From NCBI RefSeq assembly GCF_018977255.1, contig NW_024704742.1, forward strand, positions 74,960,001-75,024,000: a stretch of 64,000 nt of DNA. The letters run 5' to 3'. Every line of letters starts with the position of its first letter. The first letter of the stretch is position 1. Shown here piece by piece: positions 36,760 to 50,344 of this stretch. The position numbers were made by a program, and so were the translations under genes. This stretch comes from Callorhinchus milii (lineage: Eukaryota). Below the pieces are notes generated by a model. The model was given only the letters and a program-made list of their open reading frames with translations, did no database searches and was not told the origin of the DNA.

Positions 36760-37620
36760 ACAACAACAACAACTTGGATTCATATAGCGCCTTCCATGCC
36801 GGATGGCGTCTCAGAACGCTTTACAGTTTCGGATCCCGGGACCGAGCCAGGGGGAGGGGGGGGGGAAGGTGACCAAAGGCATGGTCAAAAACAAAGGTCT
36901 TCAGCAGAGACCTGAAAATGGGAAGGGAGGGAGCGAGATGAAGGGAGTGAGGACGGCAGTTCCAAAGCCTCGGGGCATAGTGGCTGAAGGCACGGCAGCC
37001 GAGGGTGGAGCGGAGGACTCGGGGGACAAGTGCAGGGACGAGTGCAGGGACTTGAATACGAGGGTGAGGATCTTGATGCGACGTGATGCGACGGAGGTGG
37101 AAAAAGGCGGTGCTGGTGAAGGACCGGATGTGGGGGAGGAAGGATAATTGGGGGTCAAACCTGACGCCTAGGTTGCATACGGGTTCGGAGAGTTTTAGGC
37201 GGAGGTCAGGTAGGTGGAGGAGGTGAGAACCATGAGATTTTAGACATTGACGAGAGCCGGAGTATGGCTTCCATCTTGTCAACGTTCAGCTGAAGGAAGT
37301 TTGTGCTCATCCAGCCCCTGAAATCTGACAGGCATTTTGACAGAACATCAGGGTACTGGGGGTTGCAAAGAGAGGTGGAAAAGTAGAGTTGGGTGTCATC
37401 TGCATACATGTGGAAATGTACCATCCCCAAGAGGGAGCATGTAGATCAGAAAGAGGAGGGGGCCAAGGATGGATCCTTGGGGTACCCCACAGGTGACCGG
37501 GTGAAAGCGGGAGGAGAAGCCGTTTATGCAGATGTACTGCTGGCGGTTTGTGAGGTAGGACTCGAACCAGGCGAGTGCGGTCCCACTGAGGTGGATGACG
37601 GAGCAAAGGTGGTCTCAAAG
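36760..37620 (-). mobile_element. L2 LINE with internal deletion
   Basis: [33 protein letters not shown]; tail seen as (CAA)n on plus. Confidence 0.88.
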
Positions 37621-39049
37621 CACTTGTGTCCCAGAAACATTCATGAATTGAATGACCTTTTTTTCTCATCCATGGGTTATTGATTCTTTTTGAATAGATC
37701 TTTGCCATGAGATTTTTTACATCCACCTGAACAAGGAGACAGGATGAGTTTAACATGTCATCTTTCGGAGATGCAAACTCCCAAGTCCTGATCTGGGGCT
37801 TGCTTGGCTTCACAACGTTCTGATTCAGAGGTGAGATTTTACCAACTATGCCACCTTGACACCTTGCCTGAAATAATGTTGCAAAGCGCTTTAAAGATAA
37901 TTATTTAAGTGAAAGATTAATTTGATGAGAAATGTTAGCCAAATAAAATTCAATCTAGACCCAGTTTGTTTTGTTTCTTACAAGAGCTCACAGAAGAACT
38001 ATTCCAAAACTGAGGCTAAATTCAGGAATTTGTCAAGAAATAAATCTAGGTCCAGGTGATATTTCTCCCCCATAATGTCTACAGTTCCAGGAAGTTACAG
38101 TTAGAACACTCTTATGTGCGCATTGTAGGGGGAGTTTGGCGTATGTAAAGTTTATATCACAATTTTTCCCCTCTCCGTACACCAATTTATACCATGTACA
38201 ATACAAAATACATGATACAAAATACAAAGTAATGTACTGTTTAGTGTTTAGAATGGCCTGAATGAACTGTGAATGAACACAATTATAGAATGGCATGTAT
38301 AAATGCACATTTATTCATTCAGATAGGAAGGTAGGAAGGGATATTTTTGTATAATAGTTAAATGACAGGATACAGCTCAAGGCATTGGTAACAAAGATAG
38401 TCTTATAGATTAGAAGTTATTGGAATCAAAAGATTTGTTGACATTGCGCTTGGACCCCAATGGGCTTGTCTGACTGCTCCTGAAATTGGGCTTTCACTTA
38501 AGGGAAATGCTTAGAATAAGTTTCTTAAAATTCTGCAGTTGAAAGTTATGAAATTGTTTTCAACTGTGCAGTAAACTTTACAAATAAACAGACATTTCAA
38601 CAAATTCAAGTTAGTTTGAAGCGTTTATATTTTCTAAATCATTAAATTGAAAGTTACCTTGAAACATGCAGAAATCTTTAATGTAAAGGCTTAATGGGTT
38701 TCAGCTTTGCAATATGTTTGTTGAGTAACTGTCAATCATTCCTTTTTAGAGAATATTTACTGAGTATTAAATGAGCAGACGCCAGCCACTGCACTGTTGT
38801 AATAAACTTGCTGTGAGAAACTCCATGCAGCTACAAAAGCAGGGCCTGCTTTTGGGAGGATGAGGCCAGTTTCCACCTTTTCCGTTAATTATAAAAATGA
38901 AACAATAAGATGGAAGTGGCACAAATCGTTTCAGATTTGAACCTTTGGACAGTAGGGAAAAGCTACTTTGTCCACCTTTTTATATTTATACACCTCAGTA
39001 GATATTGATGTCTGCCTAAGAATAATCACCATTCTCACTGGAGCATAGG

Positions 39050-39570
39050 GTAGGCCAAGACATACCACCTGTCCTGTGGAGGAAAATAATTACTGATGGA
39101 TTCCATGCACTGGATGTATGAACATGTGGTTATGAACTCGGACTCCAGGTAATGCCATCCAGCCCCAAGCCTTGGAGTTTACTCATCAGCTACATGGAGG
39201 ACATCTGCCTTCAGCATAATGGAGAACCTTTACAGAATAGCTTCTGAAGTGCCGGCCACTTTGATGTTCTAGAGGTCCAAATCCAATATCAGGCTTACTC
39301 AGCACGAGGTGCTTAACCCAATCCTCAACTGAGGGGCTTTGGCAAATAGCCTGTGAAGCTACTCCTCCTCCAGGATGCTTGGTGACAGGTCAATGTAAGC
39401 CGAAGCCCTCCCTCCCTACAGCCGCTTCCCCATGTTTGCCACAAAGCCACCTCAGTGCTTGATCCTGGACTTCGCAAATGGGTTGGGGAAAGCTTTTCTG
39501 CTGCATCCACAGGAATTCAGATCCATAAAGGAGGACTGTTTGCACACAGGTCTTATATATTGCAAGTTTA
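39050..39570 (-). mobile_element. RTE-clade LINE 3' fragment
   Basis: KLAIYKTCVQTVLLYGSE motif characteristic of RTE ORF C-termini. Confidence 0.65.
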
Positions 39571-41121
39571 ATAATAATAGTAATTCTTACATTTGTCTCA
39601 GCGCTGTACCGTACTGTAATGTTAATAATAATATTAAAATGAATTGATTGTATACTTTGTGGGCGTAATGCAGCAGCCAATTGCGCATAACAGTGTCCCA
39701 CAAACAGTCGTGGACTAAGTGACCAAAATTTTATTATTTTTTAAAAAATGTTTTTGGAAGAGATTATTACTCCCCGGAAAAGCAATTTGCCAATTGACTA
39801 ACAAGTGGGTACCTATTTACTGCGAGGTAAACAGAGATGTGTGGAGTAAGGAAACTTCCCTGAAGTTTTGCCCTGCCCAGGAGTCGAACCAGCTCCTCTC
39901 GCTTGTGAGTATTCCAGGATGCTGCTGAAGACAGCAAAGTTTATTGGCAGGACTTGGAAGGGTAGACCAGTCAATGGGACTCCCTCCCATTCAGCTCCCG
40001 TTAACGCTGGAAACCAAAGTATTAATGCAGTGATGGCTACCCTTTATGATGGGATACATGGAACTCTCAGTTTGGTTTGGATAATCTTAACCATGGTGAT
40101 GGATTTCTGCATGTGGTATTAAATCTATTCGATGTAACGGTAGTCATCCAGGAGACAATGTTCATGACTATCAAGAAATTGAACATCAACCCATCACTAT
40201 TTGGGTTTGCAATCCCGGCTGACCCCAAATAGGTCCACAGAAGTTAGTCGATTGGCGGATCACTTTCCAGTAAAATAATAATAATTTGGTCACTCAATCC
40301 ATGACTGTTTGTAGGACACTGCTGTGCGCAATTGGCTGCCACGTTTTGCCCATAACATATACAGTCACTCCACTTTACAGTATATCCTGTGAAGCACTTT
40401 GAGATATGTCAATGACGCGATAAGGCACAATATCAAATCCAAGGATTATTATTATTATTTTTCTTGCGAATTGTTTTCATTAGTTGAGACTCAAAGTGAT
40501 TGACACTTACATCTGTCAGTGCCAGCTAATTCCCATTTTTGGGTTTTAGCGTTACAGATTGTATGTTCATAGAAGCATGAGATGATATTGCACAGAAACA
40601 GGCCCTTATACCCGTCATATCTGAGTTAGTGTCTTTCTCCATAAGACACCTAATCTAATTCCTGCTGACTCCCCATACCTTTTAATGTTGCTCTTCTTTC
40701 CAGAATTTATCTAATTCCCTTTTAAAATAATTTTTGTCTCGAAGATTGAAATATTGGCATTTGAGAAAATATATTATCTTTGCCAATGCAAAGGCTCAAA
40801 TTGTAGAGTACAGGAGGTGTGTGTGTAGTTGCTAGGCTGATTGGTGCTTGTTTTGGGGCAGATTGGTGTGTTCACCCACAAAACACACAATCACTGCACA
40901 TTACAGTATATCATGTGAAGCTCTTTGAGATGTCCCCTTGATGTGAAAGGAAGCTCATATGGTAATAATCTTCCAAAAATCCCAGGATTGCAAACCCAAA
41001 TAGTGATAGGTTGATGTTCAATTTCTTGATGGTCATGAACATTGTCTCCTGAATGACTACCATTACATCAAATAGATTAATACCACATTGTAGAATATGG
41101 GAGGCAAGGAAGGACTTCTAT

Positions 41122-41495
41122 CGGAGACCTGTATCTTAGTGGGTAGAGCGCTTGCCTTGCAAGCGAGAGGACCTGGGCTCAATTCCCGGCAGCGCGAAAC
41201 GTTGGGCAACTTTCCTTACCCCACACGCCTCTGTTTACCTAACAGTAAGTAGGAACCTAGTTGTTAGGCGATTGGCGGATCGCTTTTCTGGCTGTAATAA
41301 TCCCTTCAAAAAAAAAAGAAAAAGAATAATTTGGTCACTCAATCCATGACCGTTTGTGGGACACTACTGTTCCCAATTGGCTGCTGAGTTTCGCCCACAA
41401 ATTATACAGTCAATTAATTTACAGTATATTCTGTGAAGAGCTTTGAGACGTCTCGACCATGTGATAAGGCACTGCATCAAATGCAAGGATTATTT
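41122..41495 (+). mobile_element. tRNA-Ala SINE, long subtype
   Basis: Carries an extra internal block ctgtttacctaacagtaagtaggaacc...cgattggcggatcgctttt absent from the short subtype. Confidence 0.88.
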
Positions 41496-41799
41496 TATGA
41501 TAATTTGTCCTCAGAAGTAGATTATACCGGAACAGAGCTTCCCCAGGTCAGCCCTGATGTATTTCTATCACTATGGAGTCCCGTTTGCTCAACTCAGATT
41601 ATTACAATCTTGTTAGAAACCCCAAATTTAGGCCCTTGTTCTTCACAGTTTCATGTTTTGTGGTAACAAAATTTGGAATCCCCAATTATCATGTGCTAAC
41701 ATTTTCCATGTGTCAATCATGATGGCACCTTTTTTTAAACATTTATGTAGGGTTTTAGAAAATAGTTACAAAAAAATACAAAACGTGTCTCAAGTTGCA

Positions 41800-44445
41800 T
41801 TAAATAAATATAAATTTTATTAAAAACACCCACATTTCAGCATTATCAGGAATGATATAATAAACAGCTTTCAAATAACTTTCTGCTTTTTAGTACATTA
41901 CTTACAGTATTTATAACCAGCTTCGTTTATTTTTTCAACATATCCAATTGATCAGTAAAGAGCAAAGCTAAAGTAAAATACAGAATAGAACACATACAAA
42001 ATGCACACCAAAAATGATTTTAGTGTCAAACTCAGCTAAATAACCTACACTTCAGTATACATTAACCTCTAGCTTTTGAAGTGAACAATATACTGCTATG
42101 CGTCAATCAAGCTGAAATTTAATTCAAGTAATGTCGACACTACTCTGAAGCATTTTCAAGTATGGCTATCATTAACCTAATACCCTATACATGCACTTTA
42201 CATCTAACAGACATGTTGCTACTGAAGCTGGGTTCTATACAACACAGTTCATTTTTTCATTTAAAATACCACCCCCGTTCTCCCATGGAAATAACAAACT
42301 TGCTCCATTTCCTTTTTCCCTTTTATCAGCTCAGTGCATACATTATTGAAATTCTGAAGAAATAACTATAACACACTTTGCATTTCCACTTATAATTAAA
42401 ATCAAGCCACTGCTTTACTAACGCTCATTTAGAAGCATCAAGTACATGTACCCTCCCCCCCCTATACACGTAAAATCCAAAATAAGGGATTAAAACAAAG
42501 TGAATGTATCCCTGAAAATAAAAAAAATTAAAAAGGTGGATATTAAAACACAGGTGATGTATTGGCATAAGGAGAATATAAGAGTTGTATTATCCCTGAT
42601 CTTGTAGAACAAAAGATTGAGTTTCAAGTTATCAAGTATCAAAATGAAAAAGTATGTTTATGTCATAAAGACTAATTTTAAATTAAACAATGATGGTGTA
42701 CAAAACACTACCAACTACTAATTCATCATTTTCCTATTGCCTATTACAGGAGCTGAGGTATATGACAAGTAGGAACATATCCAACCCTTTGCATGTCCTA
42801 AACTCACATTTTAACCATAGCAGATTGAGTAGCACCATTCTGAAAAAAAGCTTAAAAAAAGTATTAGGAAAATATTACAGTATTAAAATAGTAAAAGCAT
42901 TAAGTAAAAAAAAGAAAAGAAAATTCTGTTTACAAATTTAATTTACTGTACACCTTTTCATCTTTTTTGTTTTTGTTTTATATTTACAAATCAATGATTT
43001 CAACATTACCACAGCAAGCCAGCTGCCTGATTTCTCCATTGTAATACAACTAACCCTGTTTCATCTGACCTGGTATGTTCTCAGTTCTCTGAACTCTCAA
43101 ACACACACTGCTTACATTGTAACTGGAAAACATTACATCTCCACCCGAACAAGAACATCTCATTGCAAATCAAATCTATTGAGTGAATATATAATTCATT
43201 TATAAATGTGTTAAATTGATCTAAGATAGCCATAGTATTATTGTCTAAAACATGCTGGGAGCTAAATGTTAATATGAAAGACTAAGCTCTAAATCCGTGC
43301 AATCACTTTAGTGACTTAGTATGGACTTTATACTTTAACATAACAAATATAGCTGCATACTGAATACCAAGCACCAGAATCAGTGTTTTATGTTAAGTTC
43401 ATTTAAGGTTTTCTCCTTGTATCCAGTAAATCCCAAACTGTAAGGTTATCAGTGACATTTAAAAAGTATGTATTAGCCCATTAGATGATTTTTGGCTAAG
43501 ATATTACTTTTTTGCATTACTAATTTACAATAAATCTCTTAATGCCTCTCTTTTCACCCTTTAAGTTGTCAATGATTAAAATATTCAAAGTGCTTTTGAA
43601 CACCAACATTTTACAAAATATTCTGCAAAAACTCATTTGAGGATCTTTACTACAGAATCAGAATTCATTGACCCTCCAAAATACTTTTCTACATTTTAAA
43701 TGTAGGCAAAAATTTTACACAGCAATTGTAACTTTAAGTTAAAAGACCCCCGAGATATAAGAGGGCACCTCAGCATCAATTCATGAACTGAGGGAGTTTA
43801 TTTATTATGAAACCATTTAATCCTGAATGACATTTGAGACTTTCATTAAAGATGTTAAAAGACCTCTAAAATGTAGCACCATGATATTAAAACTTTTCAG
43901 TGTTTCTTTTTCCTGACTAGTCAACAAAATCTGTTCTAATTTGACTGCAAACTGCAAATAATACATAGAGAAAGATAAAAACAATCTGTTAGACTTTGTT
44001 AATTGTTCCATATTAAAAACTACATGATGGAAATCTGTAGTTTAAATGTTGCCCTGGTAATTGTACAAATATTCAGCACCAGAGGTTTGTTATACCTCTT
44101 GCCCTGCTTCCAAAAAAGTAGGCTCATTAATGATAAAAGAGGTCACTCGTGTCTGGCATAAATAAATTAAATTAATTTACAGAATGTTTCTTCTGCTTGT
44201 ATCTATATTTCAGAATGACACTCTGAAACAGCACTTTTGCATAGGACACTTTTCGGCTTGATCCTAACTGTGAGCACTCTTTAAAAAAAATGAGCTAAGT
44301 ACAGGGTTTGGCAGAGGCTGCCTCCATTTGCTGGTGTTTTGCTCTTCCTCCAGTGCTGCATCAAACACTGTTTTTCTCATAGGGTATAGTGGAGCTGCCT
44401 TGCTAACAGCTGCACAGAATATGAGGTAACCCATTGAGTATGAAT
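41800..44445 (-). other. TET2: TET2 3' UTR (about 2.6 kb, AU-rich, no recognised repeats); AATAAA candidates at 41926-41931 and 41816-41821
   Basis: AT-rich stretch after the stop codon lacking the SINE/LINE copies seen elsewhere; many miRNA seed matches; polyA hexamers at the distal end. Confidence 0.75.
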
Positions 44446-45680
44446 CTATATCCAGCGATTGTAAGGCCCTGTAACCCGTGTAAAGGCATATGGAGATGCT
44501 GTAGTTACTGAGTTTGTTGTAAAAGTCATGGTCCTTTGAGTAAGAGTTTTGATAAAACGTAGCTGCGCTGCTTCTGCAAGTTCATGTGAATCTGTGACTT
44601 CCCGTTTTGATTTTTTGCTGTAAGATTTGGTAGGCACATAGTCCACACCTAGTCGTTCGGCTTCTTCTTCTCTTTCTCTGGCCTTTTCAGCCACCTTGGC
44701 CTCCCACATTGCTAATCCATGCTTTGCCTCATTCATGCTCTTGTGTTGGTAAAATACGAGAGATATCCTAGTTGGGTGATTTCTGTTGGGGTATTTCAGT
44801 GGGGTTGTTGCGTGTAGTTCACGCTTTGCACACTCAATAAGAACTGACCCATGAGATGGTGCTACTGCAACCCCTCCTATATCTGAATCCTGGAAGTTAT
44901 GCTCACTGTCTGACCAGATTTCCTGAGGCTCTTCTGGAGCACCTACATTATTCTGTGGAGGCATAGAAGAGATGATTTCTGGCACTCTGGAATTGATCAT
45001 GGGGGCAGGCAGCCCTGCTTGTGAGGTGTTTGCCATGTCAAAATTAATTGATGGAAGAAGTCTTGAGAGACCGTTAGCTCTCAGCATATTAAGTTCATTT
45101 TCTTTATTTTCTATCTGGAAAGAATTAGCAGGACGATGATCATGGGCTAAGTATGGGCTTGTGTATGCTGGGTATTGGCTGCTATGTGCAACAGCAGCAT
45201 GGTCCAGACTTGGATGACCTAAACTGGACACTGGTTTGGAAGCAGTATCCATAAGCTGTGGCTCAATTTGAGGGGATGATTCATAGTGAGGATATGCTCT
45301 AATTTGTGGGATTGTTGGTATTCTGTTATCAATCTGGCAATTACTGTAGCCATTGACTGGCATGCCATAGTCACCATAGTTCCAAAATCTACCCATACAC
45401 ATCTGGTTATTGCCATACCTGTAAGAGTTGGAAAATTGCTGGTAGAGAGTCTGAATTGGTGGCAGGGTAAGCTTGTTCACTGGAACCTGATAGCGGTACA
45501 TATCCATGTGGTGTGTGAGTGAGGGACAGTAAGAGCCCATATAATGATGGTAGTTGTCCATGGATGTGCTCCCATTGCACTGATAGCCTGGGTAAGCACT
45601 TGGTGGGGCTGACTGGTAAAAACCGGCCACTGGATGTCTAGGCATTGCATGTTGCTGAATAGCTGGAGGAATCCCAGGAC
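44446..45680 (-). CDS. TET2: TET2 last coding exon (low-complexity insert plus C-terminal [42 protein letters not shown])
   Basis: 399-aa ORF extended to acceptor tacag| at 45680 (phase 1); third Fe-ligand His and 2-oxoglutarate-binding Arg present; adjacency to PPA2 supports TET2 over TET1/TET3. Confidence 0.97.
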
Positions 45681-46274
45681 CTGTAGGAAATCAAAGCAAT
45701 AAAAATAAGTTTACATGGAATAAGATATGTAAACTGAAGTTCTGAAGTTAACATTATATGAACTGTAGCTTCTAGCTTTATGAGGAACAACTTCATAATC
45801 AATAATGGGATTCCTTTGTAACAGCAGGTCAGTTTGTTACCTACTGCAAAGCTGATCAACTGTTTCTATTCTACAATGTGTACGGAAACTGGAATCAATG
45901 GAGGCTGTAGTGCAAACATGAAGCTTTCCCACTGTTCACCTCATTCCAATCTGATGAAACTTCTTGAATAATTACCCTTTTGTTCCCCCTAATGTAGCTA
46001 ATTTTGGATCCACTTCAAAAGTTCCTTCCCCATTCCATGCCTTTCAAAGTTACAGAACAATGAGGTGAAAATTACAATGTGTGATGTGTTAGTTATCACA
46101 TAGTTAATAAAGTTAGTCAATGGGCCAGTCAATAACTCAGTCACAATAGTTGGACCTGAAGATAGATTGCACTGCCATTGAACGTGAAACCCATGGATTT
46201 GATGTCCAATGTCACAGTACCAATTTTCACTCTGAATCCCTTCATTTCAGAGGAAGTTGTCTGGTTTCCTTATA

Positions 46275-46640
46275 ACAACAATAACAATCCTTGCATTTGA
46301 TATAGCGCCTTATCACATCTTCGAGACGTCTCAAAGCGCTTCACAGAATTTACTGTAAAGTGAATTGACTGTCTATTTTGTGGGAAAAACGCGGCACTCA
46401 ATTCCGTCCAGCTGTGTCCCACAAACAGTTGTGGATTGAGTTGGGCAATTTCTTTTTGAAGGAATTACCCCCGGAAAAACGATACGCCAATTGACTAATA
46501 ACCGGGTTCTTACTTACTGTTAGGTAAACAGAGGCATGTGGAGTAAGGAAACTTGCCCAACATTTCACCCTGCCCATGAATTGAACCCAGGTCTCTCGCT
46601 TGCGAGGCAAGTGCTCGAACCACTGAGCTACAGGACTCCA
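46275..46640 (-). mobile_element. tRNA-Ala SINE, long subtype
   Basis: Reverse complement of the 41122 type. Confidence 0.88.
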
Positions 46641-46974
46641 CCATGAATCAACTAAGAATCCACTACGAACTGTTTATAGTTGACTGATCCACCACCTGTG
46701 CTGTCACCTTTTTGTACTTGATGTAACTAGAGGAGCCCCGCCTCATATTTATATTCCAGACTTCTTGTCACAAATCACCAGATGAAGAAGGCTCTTTGCC
46801 CATCTGATCTCATCTCTTGGAAATAACCACCCTATCATACTCCCACCAAAGCATCAACCTGCTTTTTAATTAGTGCAGTGTCCTAGACTCAACCATCCTT
46901 CCTGACAATGTGTTTCAGTCATTAATTCCAGTCATAAGAAACATAAATAATATCTGCTTGACTGCATCCTCTAC

Positions 46975-47150
46975 ATTTGCTGTCTTTAAGGTTCTAAAGG
47001 GGAAAGACAATACAGATCATGTCAGGCTGTTTCAACTTGTCCAGAATAGCAGAACCAGAGGACACAGCCTGCAATTGAAGAGGGGTAAATTCAGAACAAA
47101 TCTACGCAAACACTATTTCAGTGAGCGAATAGTGAAGCTGTGGAACCTGT
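46975..47150 (+). mobile_element. CR1 ORF2 C-terminal fragment
   Basis: RTRGHSLQLKRGKFRTNLRKHYFSERIVKLWN. Confidence 0.85.
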
Positions 47151-47830
47151 CCACTACCTACTTGAGCTCCTTCAGTTTGGTTTCTGCTCCGCCTATAACA
47201 CTGAGACAAGGTACATCAAAGTCCTAAATAATGTCTTCTCTCTCTGTAACCAGGCCTCCCTCTGCCCCCTTGTCCTCCTGGACCTCTTCACTGCCTCAAG
47301 CCTCCTCCTCAACCTCCTCTCCTCCCTCATCACCTCAGTCAGAATGCACTCTATTGGTTTGAGTCCTTTTTAACCCACCATCATCATTTTAGTCTCTGCA
47401 TATGATTTCTTCTCACACTCTTGAATAATCTCCTGCGGCTTATCCCAAAACATGATACTTGGCCCACTCCTTTTCCTTATTTATATGCTCGTACTTGCTG
47501 ATGTCAACTGCAGACATTGGATCAATTTCCACATTCATACGGATTGCACCCAAATCTACTTTGCCTCCTTCAGGTCCACTAACATTCTGCCCTTTTGCTT
47601 GTCAGAAATCAAGGCCTGGATGAGCACCAACTTTCTGCAGTTGAGTATTGACATGCAGAAGCCACATTCCTTGGTTCCCATCAATGGCTTCTCACCTGCA
47701 GCTCTGATATCCTTAACCTCCCTAGCCTATCCCTCAGACTCATTGCACCCGTCTGCAACCTTGGCATCAGGTTCAATCCCACATCTCTTTCCTTCTCCAC
47801 ATCTGGTCACTAACTAGGCTGCTCTTTTCC
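47150..47830 (+). mobile_element. Old L2 RT fragment
   Basis: ILGPLLFLIYML...EIKAWMSTNFLQL. Confidence 0.8.
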
Positions 47831-48399
47831 ACATTTGTCACATAGAGTTAGGTCATGAGGGATTTTGAATGTGAGGGTGAGGATCTTGAAATCAATCCTT
47901 TCGGAGATTTGGAAGCCAGTAGAGCCTGGTGAGGGCCTATTTTATCAATAGCATGATCACAGCAACTTGCACTTATATAGCACCTTGCTCTCAGAGCAAC
48001 TTCACAAAGGCCCTCACACTGATGTTGCTGGGCAGGTTGAGGGTTGAAGGGAGATAATCATAGGTGTGGAGAAAGAGGTAGGCTTTAGAAGGGTTTTGAA
48101 GACAGGTACTCAGATAGAACACTCTTCCTTTTGAGTTTCAGAGGCTTCTCCTCCTCCTAACAGAAATAAAACTTTCTATTTCTTAATCTATGTTTTTCCT
48201 TAAGACCACAAGAGCTCCTTCCCTCTCTCAGTCTTCCTTTACTCTTATAACAGACTTTTATAAAAAACAGTACTTGTATTCTTTTGAGTCATGGTGATGT
48301 AAATTTTGTTTCTTCATCTATTATCTCAATAAAATCAATCAAGAGTCAAACAGCTGTTAAAACTATAGACCATCTGGAATTCAGTATGTGAACCAGCAG

Positions 48400-50175
48400 T
48401 GGCTTCTTCCCCAGCCCTCAAGGCTCTGTCCTTGGTCTCTTTTTAATATTTACATACTTCTGCTTGGTGATGTCAACCACAGTAATGGATTTAGCATCCG
48501 CATGCATACAACAACAACAAGATTCCATTTATAGAGCACCTTTCACGTCGGGAGAACGTCCCAAGGTGCTGTACAGTTGGGTCAGGACCCGAGCAGGGGG
48601 GAAATGGTCAGGGTGAGGGGAGGGAAGGGAGGGGGCGAGGAGGGGGTAGAGAGTTGAGAGGGGAGCTGAAGGCACGGTCAAAGAGAAAGGTCTTGAGACC
48701 GGCCTTGAAGGAGGAAAGGGAGGAAGCGGCGAAGGCACTGGGGGATAGAGTTCCAGAGCCTCGGGGCTGAGAGGCTGAAGGCCCGGCCACCGATGGTGAC
48801 ATCATCCGCAGACATGGAGTTAACTTCCACATGTATGCGGATGACACCCAACTCTACCTTTCCTCCTCTACTCTCAACTCCACGACCACCGATGTCCTGA
48901 CAGCCTGCCTGTCCGACATCGAGTCCTGGACGAGAGACAACTTTCTTCAGCTCAACGTGCGAAAAACCGAGGCCCTCCTGATTGGCTCACGTCAGCGCCT
49001 CCGCACCTCAGGAGAACCACACCATCAGCATCCAAGGCTGCACTCTCCACCTCTCAAAGCCACTCAGGAACCTCGGCGTTTTGTTCGACCCTGAGCTGTC
49101 CTTTCTCCCTCACATCCACACCACAACTGGCACCGCCTTCCATCACCTCCGGAACATCGCCAGACTACGCCACTACCTCACCCCTCACGCTGCTGAAACC
49201 CTGGTTCATGCCTTTGTCACCTCAAGGCTGGACTATGGGAACTCTCTCCTCGCCGGCCTTCCCGCCACCTCCCTCCACAAGCTGCAGGTCATCCAGAACT
49301 CTGCAGCTCGTGTACTGTCCCGCACCAGGCTTCGGGACCACATCACTCCCACCCTCGCTCGCCTCCACTGGCTCCCCATCCCCCAGAGGATTGATTTCAA
49401 GATCCTCATCCTCACCTACAAGGCCATTCATGGCCTTGCTCCCTCCTACCTCTCCAACCTACTATCCCCCTACCTACCTGCCCGTACCCTCCGCTCCTCC
49501 GGCTCCGGTCTGCTCCACGTCCCCCGCCCCAATCGCCCTACCATTGGTGGTCGGGCCTTCAGCCTCTCAGCCCCGAAGCTCTGGAACTCTATCCCCCAGT
49601 GCCTTCGCCGCCTCCTCCCTTTCCTCCTTCAAGGCCGGTCTCAAAACCTTTCTCTTTGACCGAGCCTTCAGCTCCCCTCTCGACTCTCTTTCCCCTTCTC
49701 GCTCCCTCCCATCCCTCCCCTCACCCTGACCATTTCCCCCTCCTCGCTCCCTCCCCTCCCCTCACCCTGACCATTTCCCCCTGCTCGGGTCATGACCCAA
49801 CTGTGCAGCGCCTTGGGACGTCCTCCTGACGTGAAAGGCGCTTTATAAATGGAATCTTGTTGTTGTTGTTGTTGTTGTGGTAGGGCGGTTGGGGCGGGGG
49901 ATGTGGAACAGAACGGAGCCAGAGGAACGGAGGGTACGGGCAGGTAAGTAGGGGGATAGTAGGTCAGGGAGGTAGGAGGGAGCAAGGCCGTGAATGGCCT
50001 TGTAGGCGAGGATAAGGATCTTGAATTCGAGGCGAGGATGAGGATCTTGAATTCAGATGATATCCAACTCAATCTCTCTGTCTTCACCCTCGATTCTAGG
50101 ACCACTGCTGTACTGACCAATTGATTTCCTGTTGAACCTCAAGTCGTGGATGAGAACTAACTTTCTCCAGTTGAA
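48400..50175. mobile_element. Triple-nested L2 cluster (young + copy 48794-49877 inside a young - copy, inside an old + copy)
   Basis: 225-aa RT C-terminal ORF 48982-49659; junction sequences described under findings. Confidence 0.9.
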
Positions 50176-50344
50176 TGCCTTTATGTTTAATAATATTGTC
50201 ATGCATTGCTGTATTCCGTGGCATCGGGAAAACAAACAAACCTTTAAATGTTATGTAACTCAGGCATGTCACTGTTTAAAATGCAGCTGCAGTAATTGAT
50301 CAAAGGATTGATGGAAAATCTGGGATTATCTTTACTTAAATTAC

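Noticed and set aside
48982..49659. 225-aa RT-like ORF as an intact reverse transcriptase or domesticated gene
   Set aside because: 5'-truncated L2 with frameshifts near 49015 and 49610; lacks the endonuclease and N-terminal RT motifs.
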